DNA of 64,000 nucleotides from an uncultured Gemmatimonadales bacterium (GCA_963708135.1 OY970192.1:2048001-2112000), one strand, 5' to 3'. Shown: positions 34,670 to 44,341, counted from the stretch's first letter. Notes: a model not told the origin generated them from the letters alone. Program-made: numbers and translations.

Positions 34670-35601
34670 GCGGCCCTCCGCCAGGCGCGCAACCGGACGC
34701 TCCGCGCCCGCGGGTTCGCCGCGACCTCGGCCTCCGACGCGAAAACCGGCTTTCGCGTCAGCGTCGTGCCCAGAGGAACCCCCCTGCACCGACACACGGG
34801 CAGCTCCGGCGGACAGACGCAGGCGCGACTCCACTCCCGGAACGCCTCCTTGACGCGCCGGTCCTCCAGAGAATGGTAGGAGAGCACCACGAGGACGCCC
34901 GCTCCCGGCGTCAGGAGGTCCCGCAAGGCCGGCAGCGCACGCTCCAGCGCATCCAGCTCTCCATTGACTGCGATACGGAGAGCCTGGAAGATCCGGGCGC
35001 GGTCCTGCGCGTCCAGCCGCGGCCCCAGCGCCCGCGCCATTGCGGACACCAGGTCGTCACTCGTGGTAAAGCGAGAGATCTCACGCCGGCGAACCACCTC
35101 TCGCGCAAGGCGACGCGAGCGCCGCTCCTCGCCATAGCGGTAGAAGAGGTCCGCCAGCTCCGATTCCGGTAACTCGTTCAGCAGATCGGCGGCCGTCGCA
35201 GCCCCGCCCGCCTCGCCGCCCATCCGCATGTCCAGAGGCGTGCCGGGCCGGAAGGAGAAGCCACGCCCCGCCTCATCGATCTGATGCGACGAGATCCCGA
35301 GATCCAGCAACGCCCCGGCCAGAGGCTCGCCTGGCGACGCCGCTCCGTCCGCGAAATTCGCGCGCACCAGCCGCACACGATCCCCGTATCCCGCTAGCCG
35401 CCGCTTCGCCACCTCGAGCGCCTCCGGATCCTGGTCCACACCGATCACGCGAGCCGCCGACCCCGCCTCGAGAATCGCCGCGCTGTGCCCTCCCCCGCCC
35501 ACCGTACCGTCGAAGTACAGCCCGCCCCGCTCCGGCTCGAGGTACTCCAGAACCTCCCGTGTCAGCACGGGAACGTGGTAGGTCCCGTCCTCGTCTTCCA
35601 C
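34666..35601 (-). CDS. rsmH: 16S rRNA m4C1402 methyltransferase
   Basis: HVPVL, DGTVGGGGHS, DLGISSHQ, FQALRIAVN, HSLEDR, NPRARS. Confidence 0.97.
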   Translation of the reverse strand: MEDEDGTYHVPVLTREVLEYLEPERGGLYFDGTVGGGGHSAAILEAGSAARVIGVDQDPEALEVAKRRLAGYGDRVRLVRANFADGAASPGEPLAGALLDLGISSHQIDEAGRGFSFRPGTPLDMRMGGEAGGAATAADLLNELPESELADLFYRYGEERRSRRLAREVVRRREISRFTTSDDLVSAMARALGPRLDAQDRARIFQALRIAVNGELDALERALPALRDLLTPGAGVLVVLSYHSLEDRRVKEAFREWSRACVCPPELPVCRCRGVPLGTTLTRKPVFASEAEVAANPRARSVRLRAWRRAA

Positions 35602-35603
35602 GC

Positions 35604-36095
35604 TCAGCGGAAGATTTGCGGCGCGAACTGGGAGAACCGCTCCGCTTCCTTCCGGACCGAGTCCTCGAACCGCGCCGGGTTCCAGATCTCGATCTTGTCG
35701 ATCGCGCCCACCAGCATCGCCTGCCCGTCCAGCCCGGCCGCCTCCTGCAGCTTCGTCGGAATCAGAATCCGACCCTGCCCATCAGGCGTCACCTCCACCG
35801 CGTTCGCCATCATCGATAGCACGAACAGCCGCGCCTCGGGCTGATGCCGGACCAACTCCGTCATCCGCTCTTCCACACCGGCCCATTCCGACGCCGGATA
35901 CAGCGCCAGCGACGGCGAGTACGCCTGGATCAGCACGAACCGCGGCGCGGCCGTCCCACGACGAAAGGCGGCCGGAAGACTCACCCGCCCCTTCTCATCG
36001 AGCTGGAACAGGTAGCTGCCCAGGAACCGCAGCGCCGTCCCGGCGGCTTCCGCCGCCTGCTCAGCGTCTATGCTGGATCCGGTCTTCTTCGGCAT
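35604..36095 (-). CDS. mraZ: dcw transcriptional repressor MraZ
   Basis: Two DxxGR motifs (LDEKGR, DGQGRI), IEIW; first gene of dcw. Confidence 0.93.
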   Translation of the reverse strand: MPKKTGSSIDAEQAAEAAGTALRFLGSYLFQLDEKGRVSLPAAFRRGTAAPRFVLIQAYSPSLALYPASEWAGVEERMTELVRHQPEARLFVLSMMANAVEVTPDGQGRILIPTKLQEAAGLDGQAMLVGAIDKIEIWNPARFEDSVRKEAERFSQFAPQIFR

Positions 36096-36115
36096 GGGCT
36101 CGGACTGGATGGTGT

Positions 36116-36181
36116 CCCCACTGCCCCCCACTTCTCCCCACTTGCCGCCACCAACCTACCCCGGGCACCAGAGGACGTCAA
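36116..36181 (-). promoter_or_regulatory. dcw promoter (TTGACG-N17-TAGGTT) followed by MraZ operator repeats
   Basis: GTGGCG/GTGGGG/GTGGGG/GTGGGG at an exact 10-bp period (36116-36151), just downstream of the -10 (36153-36158). Confidence 0.85.
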
Positions 36182-36336
36182 GAGTTTCCTGCGCCCACGC
36201 GTGAACCGCACATCCGGCGCCGCTCCGAAGCCATCTCAGCGGAAGCGAGGCAAGCGGGTGCGGGTCAGGAACTTGCACGGCGGAGCGGAAGCCAGGCTTC
36301 AGGTCTGCTGGGGATTTCCGTCGAGAGGAGAGTGCT

Positions 36337-37221
36337 GTGGGGCTGAGGATCGGTCTGATCATCCGGCCGCGGGAGGAGGACCCGCGCATGGCCGGGGCGC
36401 GCGAGGCCGTGGCGCAGCTGCGCGCGGCGGGGCACGACGTGCGGCCGCGGCTGACGTTCGAGAGGGAGGATGCGGTGAGGTTCGCGCGCGAGGCGGCGCG
36501 GGCCCGCTGCGACCTCGTGATCGCGGCGGGCGGCGACGGGACGGTCAACGAGGTCGTGAACGGGATTGCGGCGTCACACTGGCAGCCGCGGCTGGGGATC
36601 ATCCCGCTCGGGACGGCGAACGACTTCGCGGCCGGGGTCGCTCTTCCGAGCGCCATTCCCGACGCGGTCGCCATCGCGCTGGAGGGCAGGGCGGTCGCCG
36701 TGGACGTGGCCCGTGTGAATCGCCGCTACTTCATCAATGTCTCGACGGGCGGCTTCGGCGCGGAGGCGACGGAGCAGGCGCCGGCGGACGCCAAGCGGCG
36801 CCTGGGCGCGCTGGCCTATCTGGTCTCGGGCGCGAAGCAGTTCCTCGGGCTGCGCCCGACCAAGGGCCGGTTCGTGGTGGACGGCCGGGAGCTGCACTCC
36901 GGCCGCTTCCTGCTGTTCGCCGTCGGCAACGCCCGGCGCACGGGAGGCGGCACGCTGCTGACCCCGCGGGCGCAGCTCGGAGATGGGGAGCTGGACGTCG
37001 TGGTGGTGCCGGGCCTGTCCCGGCTGGAGTTCCTGTCCCTGCTGCCCGACCTGCGCGCGGGGACCCACCTGGCCAGCCCGGACGTCCTGTACGTGCGGAC
37101 GTCCGACCTGCTCGTCGAATGCGAGGAGTCGATCCGCGTGAACGCGGACGGCGAGTCGGTCCCGGGGAATCGGTTCCGGTACCGGGTCGCCCGGCGGCCC
37201 CTTTCCGTGATGCTCCCGTAG
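36337..37221 (+). CDS. YegS/DAGK-family lipid kinase
   Basis: GGDGTVNEV, PLGTANDFA, GNARRTGGG, NADGE. Confidence 0.92.
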   Translation: MGLRIGLIIRPREEDPRMAGAREAVAQLRAAGHDVRPRLTFEREDAVRFAREAARARCDLVIAAGGDGTVNEVVNGIAASHWQPRLGIIPLGTANDFAAGVALPSAIPDAVAIALEGRAVAVDVARVNRRYFINVSTGGFGAEATEQAPADAKRRLGALAYLVSGAKQFLGLRPTKGRFVVDGRELHSGRFLLFAVGNARRTGGGTLLTPRAQLGDGELDVVVVPGLSRLEFLSLLPDLRAGTHLASPDVLYVRTSDLLVECEESIRVNADGESVPGNRFRYRVARRPLSVMLP

Positions 37222-37260
37222 CCCGCGCCGACGGGCAGGCCACGGGAGGCGCCCGATGCA

Positions 37261-37300
37261 CGACGGCCGCCCTCCCCTTCCCCGGGGACGGCGGCCGTCG
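37261..37300. terminator. GC-rich hairpin between convergent genes
   Basis: CGACGGCCGCC...GGCGGCCGTCG 11-bp arms plus inner TCCCC/GGGGA; no clear U tract. Confidence 0.5.
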
Positions 37301-37317
37301 AACGAAAGCGCCGGCGC

Positions 37318-39084
37318 TCAGTGCCGTGAGGCGGCCTTCGCCTTGTTCACGGCGTCGATGAACTTGTGGGAGTAGCCCACCATCTGGTTGAGCTGTGAGC
37401 GGATCCCCGGTTGGGCCTGGGCGTACGCGTCGGCCTGGTTGAAGTACGTGAGCGCCTTCTCGAAATCCGGCTCCGCCTTCCTGGCGGCCGCGGCGGTGCC
37501 CGGCTTGGCCAGGGCGATGCCGCGCTGGTAGTAGACGAGGCCGATCCAGAAGTTGGCCATCGCCTTGGTCTCGGGGCTCTCGGCCAGGTCGCGGGTGGCG
37601 GCGAAGTACTCGAGCGCCGCATCCTTGTCGCCCTTCTGGTACTTGTCGTTGTAGCCGATCCCGAACAGCAGGTTCGCCGCGACGTCCGCCTTCAGCTTGC
37701 CGCGGCTGATCGCCTGCTGGAACGCCGCCTTGGCCGCGCTGAGCTGTCCCCGCTGGGCCAGCCACTGCCCGCGCTTGGCGAACAACGGGTACTCGTTGTT
37801 CTTGTCGTACGCCTGCGCGGAGTCGAGCGCTGCGAGCGCCTGGTCGTACTGCCCCGTCGCGTTGAGCGCATCGGCGTAGGCGGACCAGATCAGCGGCATG
37901 CCGGGCTTCGCCTTTACGAGCTTGGCGCCGATCGTGGCGGCCTGCTGCGACTGGCCCTCCAGGTTCATGATCAGCAGCATGTTGCCGAGCACCGACGGAG
38001 CCGTTGCCGTGTCCTGCTGCTGATACAGCTGCATGTAGGCCGCGAGCGCCCTCTGATAGAGCGAGTCCACGTGCGCCGAGCGCCCGGCCGTGTCGGCCTT
38101 GGTCGTGTCCGCCTTCTGCGCCGCCTGCAGGGCCCAGTGCCCCTCGAACGTCAGCAGGTCCGGATTCACCCTGTTCAGCGAGTCGGGCTTGAGGCCCGGC
38201 GCGAGGATCGCGAGTGCGGCCTCGAAGTCTCCGGCCTTGGCCGCCTCGTTCGCGACGTTGATCCGTACGTTGGCGTCCCCCGGGTTCAGCTCCAGGTACT
38301 GGTTGAAGTACTGCAGCGACTCAGCGGAGTTGCCCAGCTTGGCCGCCACGATCCCCGCCAGCCGCAGGGCGTCCTGATGCGCCGGGTTCAGCTGGATCAC
38401 CTTCTTGAGCGCCTCCATGGACTGCTGCAGCGAGTCCATCTCCTCCAGCGCGCGGGCCTTGCCGTACAACGCAGTCGCCGACTTCGCGTTGATCTCGAGC
38501 GCCTTGTCGCACGCCTCACGCGCGTTCGACCACTGCTGGCTGCCCAGGTAGTCGCTGCAGAACGCCGTCTGCTGAAGCTGGTTCACGTAGGTCTTGAACG
38601 CCGTGAAGATCGACTGCGCCGCCTGCTCCGGCTTCGACGCCGTGAACGCCGGAACCTCGAACGTCTCGCCGTTCTTCGCACCCACGAACTGCGCCGTCAC
38701 CTGCATGACGTCGCCACCGGCTGGCTTGTACTCGCCGCACATCACGAGCTCGGCGTTGATCTGCACCGCCAGCTGGCGCGACTTGATGCAGTCGAGATCC
38801 TCTTCCTTTAGCTTGTATTTGCGCAGGTTGTCCTTCAGCTCATCCTTCGAGACCGCCTGGTGCCGCGGCATCTGCTCGATGAGCTTGCGCATGTCGTCGG
38901 CGACGTCCTTGCCGAAGCCGTCATCGACGTCCTTGGGATGGTCGAGGTTCGGAACCAGCACCCGGTAGCGCTGGCCCGACTGCTGCGCCGGCTGCTGGGC
39001 CGCCGCCGGCGAGGCCACGGTCCACGCGCCCGCGACCGCCAGCCCGAGCGTGAGGGCCATGCTCAGCCGCTGGTTCATGCGCAT
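37318..39084 (-). CDS. exported tetratricopeptide-repeat protein
   Basis: Signal peptide ending AAAQQ and many TPR-like helical repeats; start at 39078, 39084 or 39093. Confidence 0.85.
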   Translation of the reverse strand: MRMNQRLSMALTLGLAVAGAWTVASPAAAQQPAQQSGQRYRVLVPNLDHPKDVDDGFGKDVADDMRKLIEQMPRHQAVSKDELKDNLRKYKLKEEDLDCIKSRQLAVQINAELVMCGEYKPAGGDVMQVTAQFVGAKNGETFEVPAFTASKPEQAAQSIFTAFKTYVNQLQQTAFCSDYLGSQQWSNAREACDKALEINAKSATALYGKARALEEMDSLQQSMEALKKVIQLNPAHQDALRLAGIVAAKLGNSAESLQYFNQYLELNPGDANVRINVANEAAKAGDFEAALAILAPGLKPDSLNRVNPDLLTFEGHWALQAAQKADTTKADTAGRSAHVDSLYQRALAAYMQLYQQQDTATAPSVLGNMLLIMNLEGQSQQAATIGAKLVKAKPGMPLIWSAYADALNATGQYDQALAALDSAQAYDKNNEYPLFAKRGQWLAQRGQLSAAKAAFQQAISRGKLKADVAANLLFGIGYNDKYQKGDKDAALEYFAATRDLAESPETKAMANFWIGLVYYQRGIALAKPGTAAAARKAEPDFEKALTYFNQADAYAQAQPGIRSQLNQMVGYSHKFIDAVNKAKAASRH

Positions 39085-39294
39085 TCGCTGCATCTCCGCG
39101 GTCTCCACTCGAAGAATGAACACTCCCGGCGGCTCCCGCCGCCGCTCCTGAACTGCTAACCCGAACGCACGAAAAAAGTTCGCTCCCTCGGGCCGTGCCG
39201 CAGGAACGCAACTCCGGGTCATCGGTTGACTTCGTGCGGATTCAGGGGACCGTCCCGGGAGACGGACCTGGGGGACCGTCCAAAAAGCCGGACC

Positions 39295-39323
39295 ATTGTA
39301 TCCGCTCCCGCGTACGCGCGCAA
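39295..39323 (-). promoter_or_regulatory. sigma70 promoter TTGCGC-N17-TACAAT for the TPR gene
   Basis: Near-consensus boxes with a 17-nt spacer. Confidence 0.65.
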
Positions 39324-39348
39324 GCCTCACGCCACCGGCCGGCGAATC

Positions 39349-39364
39349 GGGAACGTCGCTTGCA
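39349..39364 (+). promoter_or_regulatory. candidate sigma54 promoter GGGAACGTCGCTTGCA
   Basis: GG-N10-GC with TTGCA, about 65 nt upstream of ATG 39429. Confidence 0.4.
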
Positions 39365-39428
39365 CATCAGGGGCCAGGGAAGAGTCCTAGGACGGCGCAG
39401 CAGCGCCGTCCCCGCCGTGGAGGCCGAG

Positions 39429-39942
39429 ATGTCTGAGCGAACCGGGAGAACGACCGGCGCGAGGGGCCGGGCTGGAGCCCTCGAGGCGCTGGAGCGATAT
39501 CGCGCAGAGGCGGGAGGCGGCGGCGCGGACTGCCTGCTGAGAAGCGCACGGGCGGTCGGGCGTGGGGCCGAGCCGCCCCGGCGCCGGGCCGAGCTCGTCG
39601 AGCGGGCCATGCGTGAGAGCGGCCTGGCGTGGCAGGCGGCGGAGGCGCTCTACGCGCTCGCGCTCGAGGAGGAAATCGAGCCGGGCTTCGCCTTCGAGCT
39701 CGTGCGCTGCGGCGTCGGCGTCCGCCCGCCGGAGGAGCCCGAGGCGGCACCGGAGCGCTCGGTCGAAGAAACGCCGGAGTGGGTGGAAAGCTCCCGTCCC
39801 CGGCCCGAGGAGGCGGCGTGGGAGAGGCGGGCGCGGGCGAGCTTTCGGCGGCTCAGGCATCTCGCTCGAGGCGCACGCCACGCCGGAGGCCGCGCTGGCC
39901 GCGTACGCGGAGGAGCCGGACCTCGAGGAGACGGGCTACTGA
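39429..39942 (+). CDS. hypothetical protein with apparent +1 frameshift near 39864
   Basis: MSERTG...RRLRHL continues in another frame as LEAHATPEAALAAYAEEPDLEETGY*. Confidence 0.6.
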
Positions 39943-39956
39943 CCGCCGCTCGCCCC

Positions 39957-40730
39957 TCAGCCGTCGAGGCGGCCCAGGAGGCGCAGCAGGGCGTCGAGGA
40001 TGGTGAGCGGGTGGGGGGGAAAGCCCGGGATCCAGAGATCCACCGGCAGGATGTCGTTCACACCGCCCCAGGTCTCGCTCGACTCCCTCCACGGCCCGCC
40101 GGAGATTGCATCGGCCCCGAGCGCGATGACGAGCTTCGGCGCGGGAATCGCGGCCCAGGTCCGCTCCAGCGCGGCGCGCATGTTCCGCGGCACCGGTCCG
40201 GTGACCACCAGCCCGTCGGCATGCCGCGGCGAGGCGACGATCTGGATGCCGAAACGGCCGAGATCGTAGACGATCGTGGAGAGCACGTTCACCTCGGCCT
40301 GATCGGCGCCCGCGTCACCGGCGGACACGTGCCGCAGGCGGAGCGAGCGGCCGAAGAGGCGGCGTGCCCGCGTTTCCAGCGCCGCCGCGCGCCGGTACGG
40401 CTCCCCTTCCACCACCACCAGGTCCTCCCCTCTCCCCGCCGCGAGGCGGTGGTCGCGCGTGAAGCGCACGGCGCCTCCGGGGCACGCTTCCTCGCAGGCT
40501 CCGCAGAACAGGCAGCGACCCAGGTCGAGGCGGAGCTTCCCCCCGCTCTGATCGAGTGCCTCCGTCGGGCAGGCCTCAATGCACGAGCTGCAGTCGTCAC
40601 CGCAGCGCGAGCCATCGAGAACGGGAAGTCCCCGGAACCGCCCCGGCAGCCCGGGCGCGTCGGGCCGGTCCACGGGCGGATCGATCGTGGGAGTACCCTG
40701 CCTCACCCGGTTCCTCAGGATCTCCAGCAT
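39957..40730 (-). CDS. Ehr-type small subunit: 2[4Fe-4S] ferredoxin fused to a NuoB/HycG-like domain lacking Cys ligands
   Basis: CGDDCSSCIEACP and CLFCGACEEACP; FGRSL, SPRHAD..VTGPV, PVD..IPG.PP. Confidence 0.9.
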   Translation of the reverse strand: MLEILRNRVRQGTPTIDPPVDRPDAPGLPGRFRGLPVLDGSRCGDDCSSCIEACPTEALDQSGGKLRLDLGRCLFCGACEEACPGGAVRFTRDHRLAAGRGEDLVVVEGEPYRRAAALETRARRLFGRSLRLRHVSAGDAGADQAEVNVLSTIVYDLGRFGIQIVASPRHADGLVVTGPVPRNMRAALERTWAAIPAPKLVIALGADAISGGPWRESSETWGGVNDILPVDLWIPGFPPHPLTILDALLRLLGRLDG

Positions 40731-40737
40731 CCCCGCC

Positions 40738-42252
40738 TCACAGGTCGTGTCCGCCGTAGGAAAGATTGAAGCTCTTGTTGCAGAGGGGAAAATCCGAGAT
40801 CGCCTGGCCGCGCAGCGCCAGCTCGAGCGCGGGCCAGTTGTGGAACGAGGGGTCGGTCACCTTGTAGCGGCGGAACCTTCCGCTGCTCCCGCTCAGCGCG
40901 ACGTGGGCAGCCTCGCCGCGCCACGCCTCCACGAGCGAGACGACTCCCGCACCCGCGTCCAGCGCGCCGCACTCGACCCGGACGGCTCCCGCCGGCAGCT
41001 CCTCGAGCAGCGCCCGGGCGAAGGAGAGCGAGCGCTGCGCCTCGAGCCAGCGGATGCTCGCGCGCGCGAACACATCTCCCTCGGCCGTTGTGACGGGCGG
41101 CACGTGCGCCAGGCGGTACATCCCGAACGGATGGTCGTGGCGCACGTCGCGCGCGAGACCGGAGGCGCGCGCCGCGGGTCCGACCATTCCAAGCGCGCGA
41201 GCTTGCGTTTCCGCGACGATCCCGGTCCCCTCCATGCGGTCCTGCACGCCCGCGTTCGACAGGAGCATCCCGGCCGCGGCCGTCAGCTCCCGCTCGGCCT
41301 CCGCCAGCGCGGTCGCCAGCAACCGGATCTGCTCCGTGGCCGGATCGACGCTCACTCCCCCGGGCCGCAGGAAGCAGCGCCCGAACCGGCTGCCGCAGAG
41401 GCTCGCGGTCATGTTCAGGAACGCGCCGCGCAGCCGCCCGCAGGAGGCCGCCGTCGGCTGGAATGCCACATCGCCCGCCAGCGCGCCGAGGTCTCCCGTG
41501 TGGTTCGCGAGACGCTCGAGCTCGAGCGCCAGTGCACGCAACGCGTGGGCGCGCGCCGGCACCGCGCAGCCGGCCAGCGCCTCGACGGCCTGCACGTAGG
41601 CCAGCGCATGGCCGATCGTGGTGTCCCCCGCGAGGTCCTCCATCCGGAAGACGGTCACCCGGTCCGGTCCCCCCACGAGCAGCGCCTCCAATCCTCGGTG
41701 CTGGAATCCCAGCATGATCTCGAGGTGGTAGACCGTCTCACCATGGCACTGGAAGCGGAAGTGGCCCGGTTCGATCACGCCCGCATGCACGGGCCCGACC
41801 GCGACCTCGTGAACCTCGAGGCCGTCCATGTGGAAGAAGGGGTAGTCCGCGCCGATCGGGAGCGTCGCGTCGTGCAGTCGATGCGACCCGGGCGGCGCCG
41901 CTGCGGGGCTGCGCAGCGGCTTGAGCCACGGATGTCCCTCCGGCACGATGCCGAGCTGTTCCGCGATCTCGCGCTCGAACCGGCTGGCGGCCACGCAGGC
42001 ATCCGAGAACGCGGGATAGCGCTCTCCCACCTCGGTCCGCATCACCGCGAGCCGTGCCGAGGCGTCGTCCGCGAGCACCGCCCACAGGCCGGAGCGCCCG
42101 CCTCCGAGCGGCTCCCCGAACAGCGTTACGAGACGCCAGCCGTCGCGCAGCCGCTCCAGGGCCAGCCGGCGGAAGCCGACGGGGTCGGCGGCGGCTACCC
42201 CGCCCGGCTGGAAGCGCTCGGCGTTGCGCACGAGAAGCGCAGGGGCGCTCAT
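40738..42252 (-). CDS. Ehr-type large subunit (HycE/NuoCD-like, no NiFe CxxC motifs)
   Basis: VGPVHAGVIEPGHFRF, HRGLE, EDLAGDTTIGH, ELERLANH, DPSFHNW, DFPLCNKSFNLSYGGHDL. Confidence 0.92.
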   Translation of the reverse strand: MSAPALLVRNAERFQPGGVAAADPVGFRRLALERLRDGWRLVTLFGEPLGGGRSGLWAVLADDASARLAVMRTEVGERYPAFSDACVAASRFEREIAEQLGIVPEGHPWLKPLRSPAAAPPGSHRLHDATLPIGADYPFFHMDGLEVHEVAVGPVHAGVIEPGHFRFQCHGETVYHLEIMLGFQHRGLEALLVGGPDRVTVFRMEDLAGDTTIGHALAYVQAVEALAGCAVPARAHALRALALELERLANHTGDLGALAGDVAFQPTAASCGRLRGAFLNMTASLCGSRFGRCFLRPGGVSVDPATEQIRLLATALAEAERELTAAAGMLLSNAGVQDRMEGTGIVAETQARALGMVGPAARASGLARDVRHDHPFGMYRLAHVPPVTTAEGDVFARASIRWLEAQRSLSFARALLEELPAGAVRVECGALDAGAGVVSLVEAWRGEAAHVALSGSSGRFRRYKVTDPSFHNWPALELALRGQAISDFPLCNKSFNLSYGGHDL

Positions 42253-43683
42253 CCGCCTCCCCCTCCCACCAGCCGCGCCGCGGCCGTGAGTAGCTCGCGC
42301 AATGGAGCCGGAATCCACACGCCGAGCACCAGCACGGCCACGCCCAGCGCCAATGGCGGTAGCACGGCGGACGCACGTTCCACCGTCCCGGCGCGCAGCT
42401 CATCGGTCGGGGACTGGCCGAGGGCCATCCGGAGCACCACGCCGGCCATTCCCGCGAACACGGCGGCCAGCGCGCCAAGGTAGAGCGCCGCCACGACCCA
42501 GCGTCCGGCATCCAGAATGCCCTTCAGGATCGTCAGCTCGCTCAGGAACAGGCCAAAAGGGGGTGCTCCCGCGATGGCCAGGAAGCCGGCCACCCAGAGC
42601 GGCCCCGAGATCGGCAGGCGCCGGATGGCGCCGCGCACATCCGCCACGGCCTTGCTGCCATAGGCGGCCAGGAGGTTGCCGGCCGTGAGAAAGAGGAGGC
42701 CCTTGGCCAGGCCGTGCCCGAGCGCGTGCAGCATCGCCCCCCACGCCGCCACGCCGCCCACGCCGACGCCCAGCGCGAGGATTCCCATGTGCTCCATGCT
42801 CGAGTAGGCGAGAAGCCGCTTGAAGTCCTGCTGTCCGATAATGAACGCGGCCGACAGCGTCAGCGAGAGGAGTCCGAACGCCACGAGCACCGGCCGCACG
42901 AAGCCACCGAGCCCCGCCGCGAGGCAGACCTGCACCCCGCGAAGCAACGCCAGAAAGGCGCACGTCAGCAGTCCCCCCGACAGCAGGGCCGAGGCCGGCG
43001 CGGGCGCCTCGCTGTGGGCGTCGGGCAGCCACGCGTGCATCGGGGCGAGCCCCATCTTCGTTCCGTAGCCCGACGAGCAGGAAGATGAAGGCGGCGCGCA
43101 GCAGCTGCGGATCCAGGCCGGGCGCCGCGCGGAGAAGCGCGTCGAGGACCAGGGGCGCGCCCGCCGGCCCGCGGGTCGCGGACAGCGCGAGCAGGAACGT
43201 GCCGACGAGGGCGAGGGCGATCCCCACGGAGCAGAGGAGCAGGTACTTCCAGGCCGCCTCGAGGGCCTGCCGGGTGCGGTGGTGGTAGACCAGCGGCGCG
43301 CTGGCCAGCGTGGTGGACTCGACGGCCACCCAGAGGAGCCCCAGATGTCGGCTCACCGCCACCAGCGTCATCGCGGCCAGGAACCAGAGGAAACAGGCGA
43401 CGAAGGCGCGATCCTCCGCCCCTTCCCCCGCCAGGCTCCCCTGCACGGACGACGCCGTGGCCAGGAAAAGGAGCGTCACGAGGGCGAGCACGAGCCGGCC
43501 GAGGGCATCGAGGCCGATCCACGCCCCCGGGTGCGCGGGCGCGGGATGGAGGATCACCCAGGTGGCGATCCCGCTGTGGAGCAGCGCGCCGAGCACGAGA
43601 AGCGTCCTGCGCGTGGCGACCCTGCCCGAGGCGAAGGCGAGCGCACCGAGCAGCGCGGGGACGAGGACCAGGAGAACGAGCAC
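42249..43683 (-). CDS. HyfF-like antiporter-type subunit, frameshifted near 43070
   Basis: EAAWKY, FIFLLVG | YGTKMGLAPMHAWLPDAHSEAP, KRLLAYSS; one extra G in GTC GG(G)C TAC. Confidence 0.85.
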
Positions 43684-43687
43684 GCGG

Positions 43688-44341
43688 TCAGTCCCGGAGC
43701 GAGGCGAGCTCGGGCACGCTCATGTGGTCGAACTCGCGGTTGATGTGGAAGATCGCGATCCCCATGACGAACACGCCCACCAGCACGTCGAGCAGGATGC
43801 CCATCTCGACAAGGGTGGGCAGGCGGCTGGCCAGCGTCTGCCCGAGCAGGAAGATGCCGTTCTCGAGCAGCAGATACCCGAGCACCTGCGTCACCGCCTT
43901 CTTCCGCGACACCATCACGAGCGCGCCGATCATGAAGGTGGTCAGCGCGACCGGCACGAGGAGCGGCGCGGCCGGTGGAACGGGGACCGGCAGATCGCGG
44001 GCGAGCGCGAATGCGGCGGCGGTGAGCAGGCCGCCGATGACCAGCGATGCGGTGAAGCCGATGAACGGCTCGACCTCGCGACGGACGGCGGCCTCGCGCA
44101 TCGCACGGCCGAGCAGCCACGGGATCAGGACCCCCTTCACGCCCGCGGCCGTGAGCGCGAAAGCGGCCGTATGCGCGGCCGGCACGCCGCCGTGCAGCAG
44201 CAGCGGCAGCGCCCCGAGCAGCAGCCCCTGCGCGGCCACGATGCGGATCGACGCGCTCAGGCGGCTCGAGCCCAGGATCGCGAAGTCCGTGAGTACGACG
44301 AGCACGAGCAGCAGCTCCGTCGCGGAGGCCACGACGCTCAT
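43688..44341 (-). CDS. HyfE-like membrane subunit
   Basis: Multi-TM; K..LIP.LL, REVEP, LLLENGI, VEMGILLD. Confidence 0.85.
   Translation of the reverse strand: MSVVASATELLLVLVVLTDFAILGSSRLSASIRIVAAQGLLLGALPLLLHGGVPAAHTAAFALTAAGVKGVLIPWLLGRAMREAAVRREVEPFIGFTASLVIGGLLTAAAFALARDLPVPVPPAAPLLVPVALTTFMIGALVMVSRKKAVTQVLGYLLLENGIFLLGQTLASRLPTLVEMGILLDVLVGVFVMGIAIFHINREFDHMSVPELASLRD

Noticed and set aside
36263..36277. sigma54-like GG-N10-GC upstream of the lipid kinase
   Set aside because: The -24 element (GGTCA) is a poor match and no enhancer site is evident.
39957..40400. Selenocysteine or recoding as the reason for the missing Cys
   Set aside because: The positions are ordinary sense codons (GCG, GAT, GAT, TTT) with no in-frame TGA.
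40738..42252. Group 4 [NiFe]-hydrogenase / formate hydrogenlyase call
   Set aside because: Both CxxC NiFe motifs are absent, and no fdh or hyp genes lie nearby.
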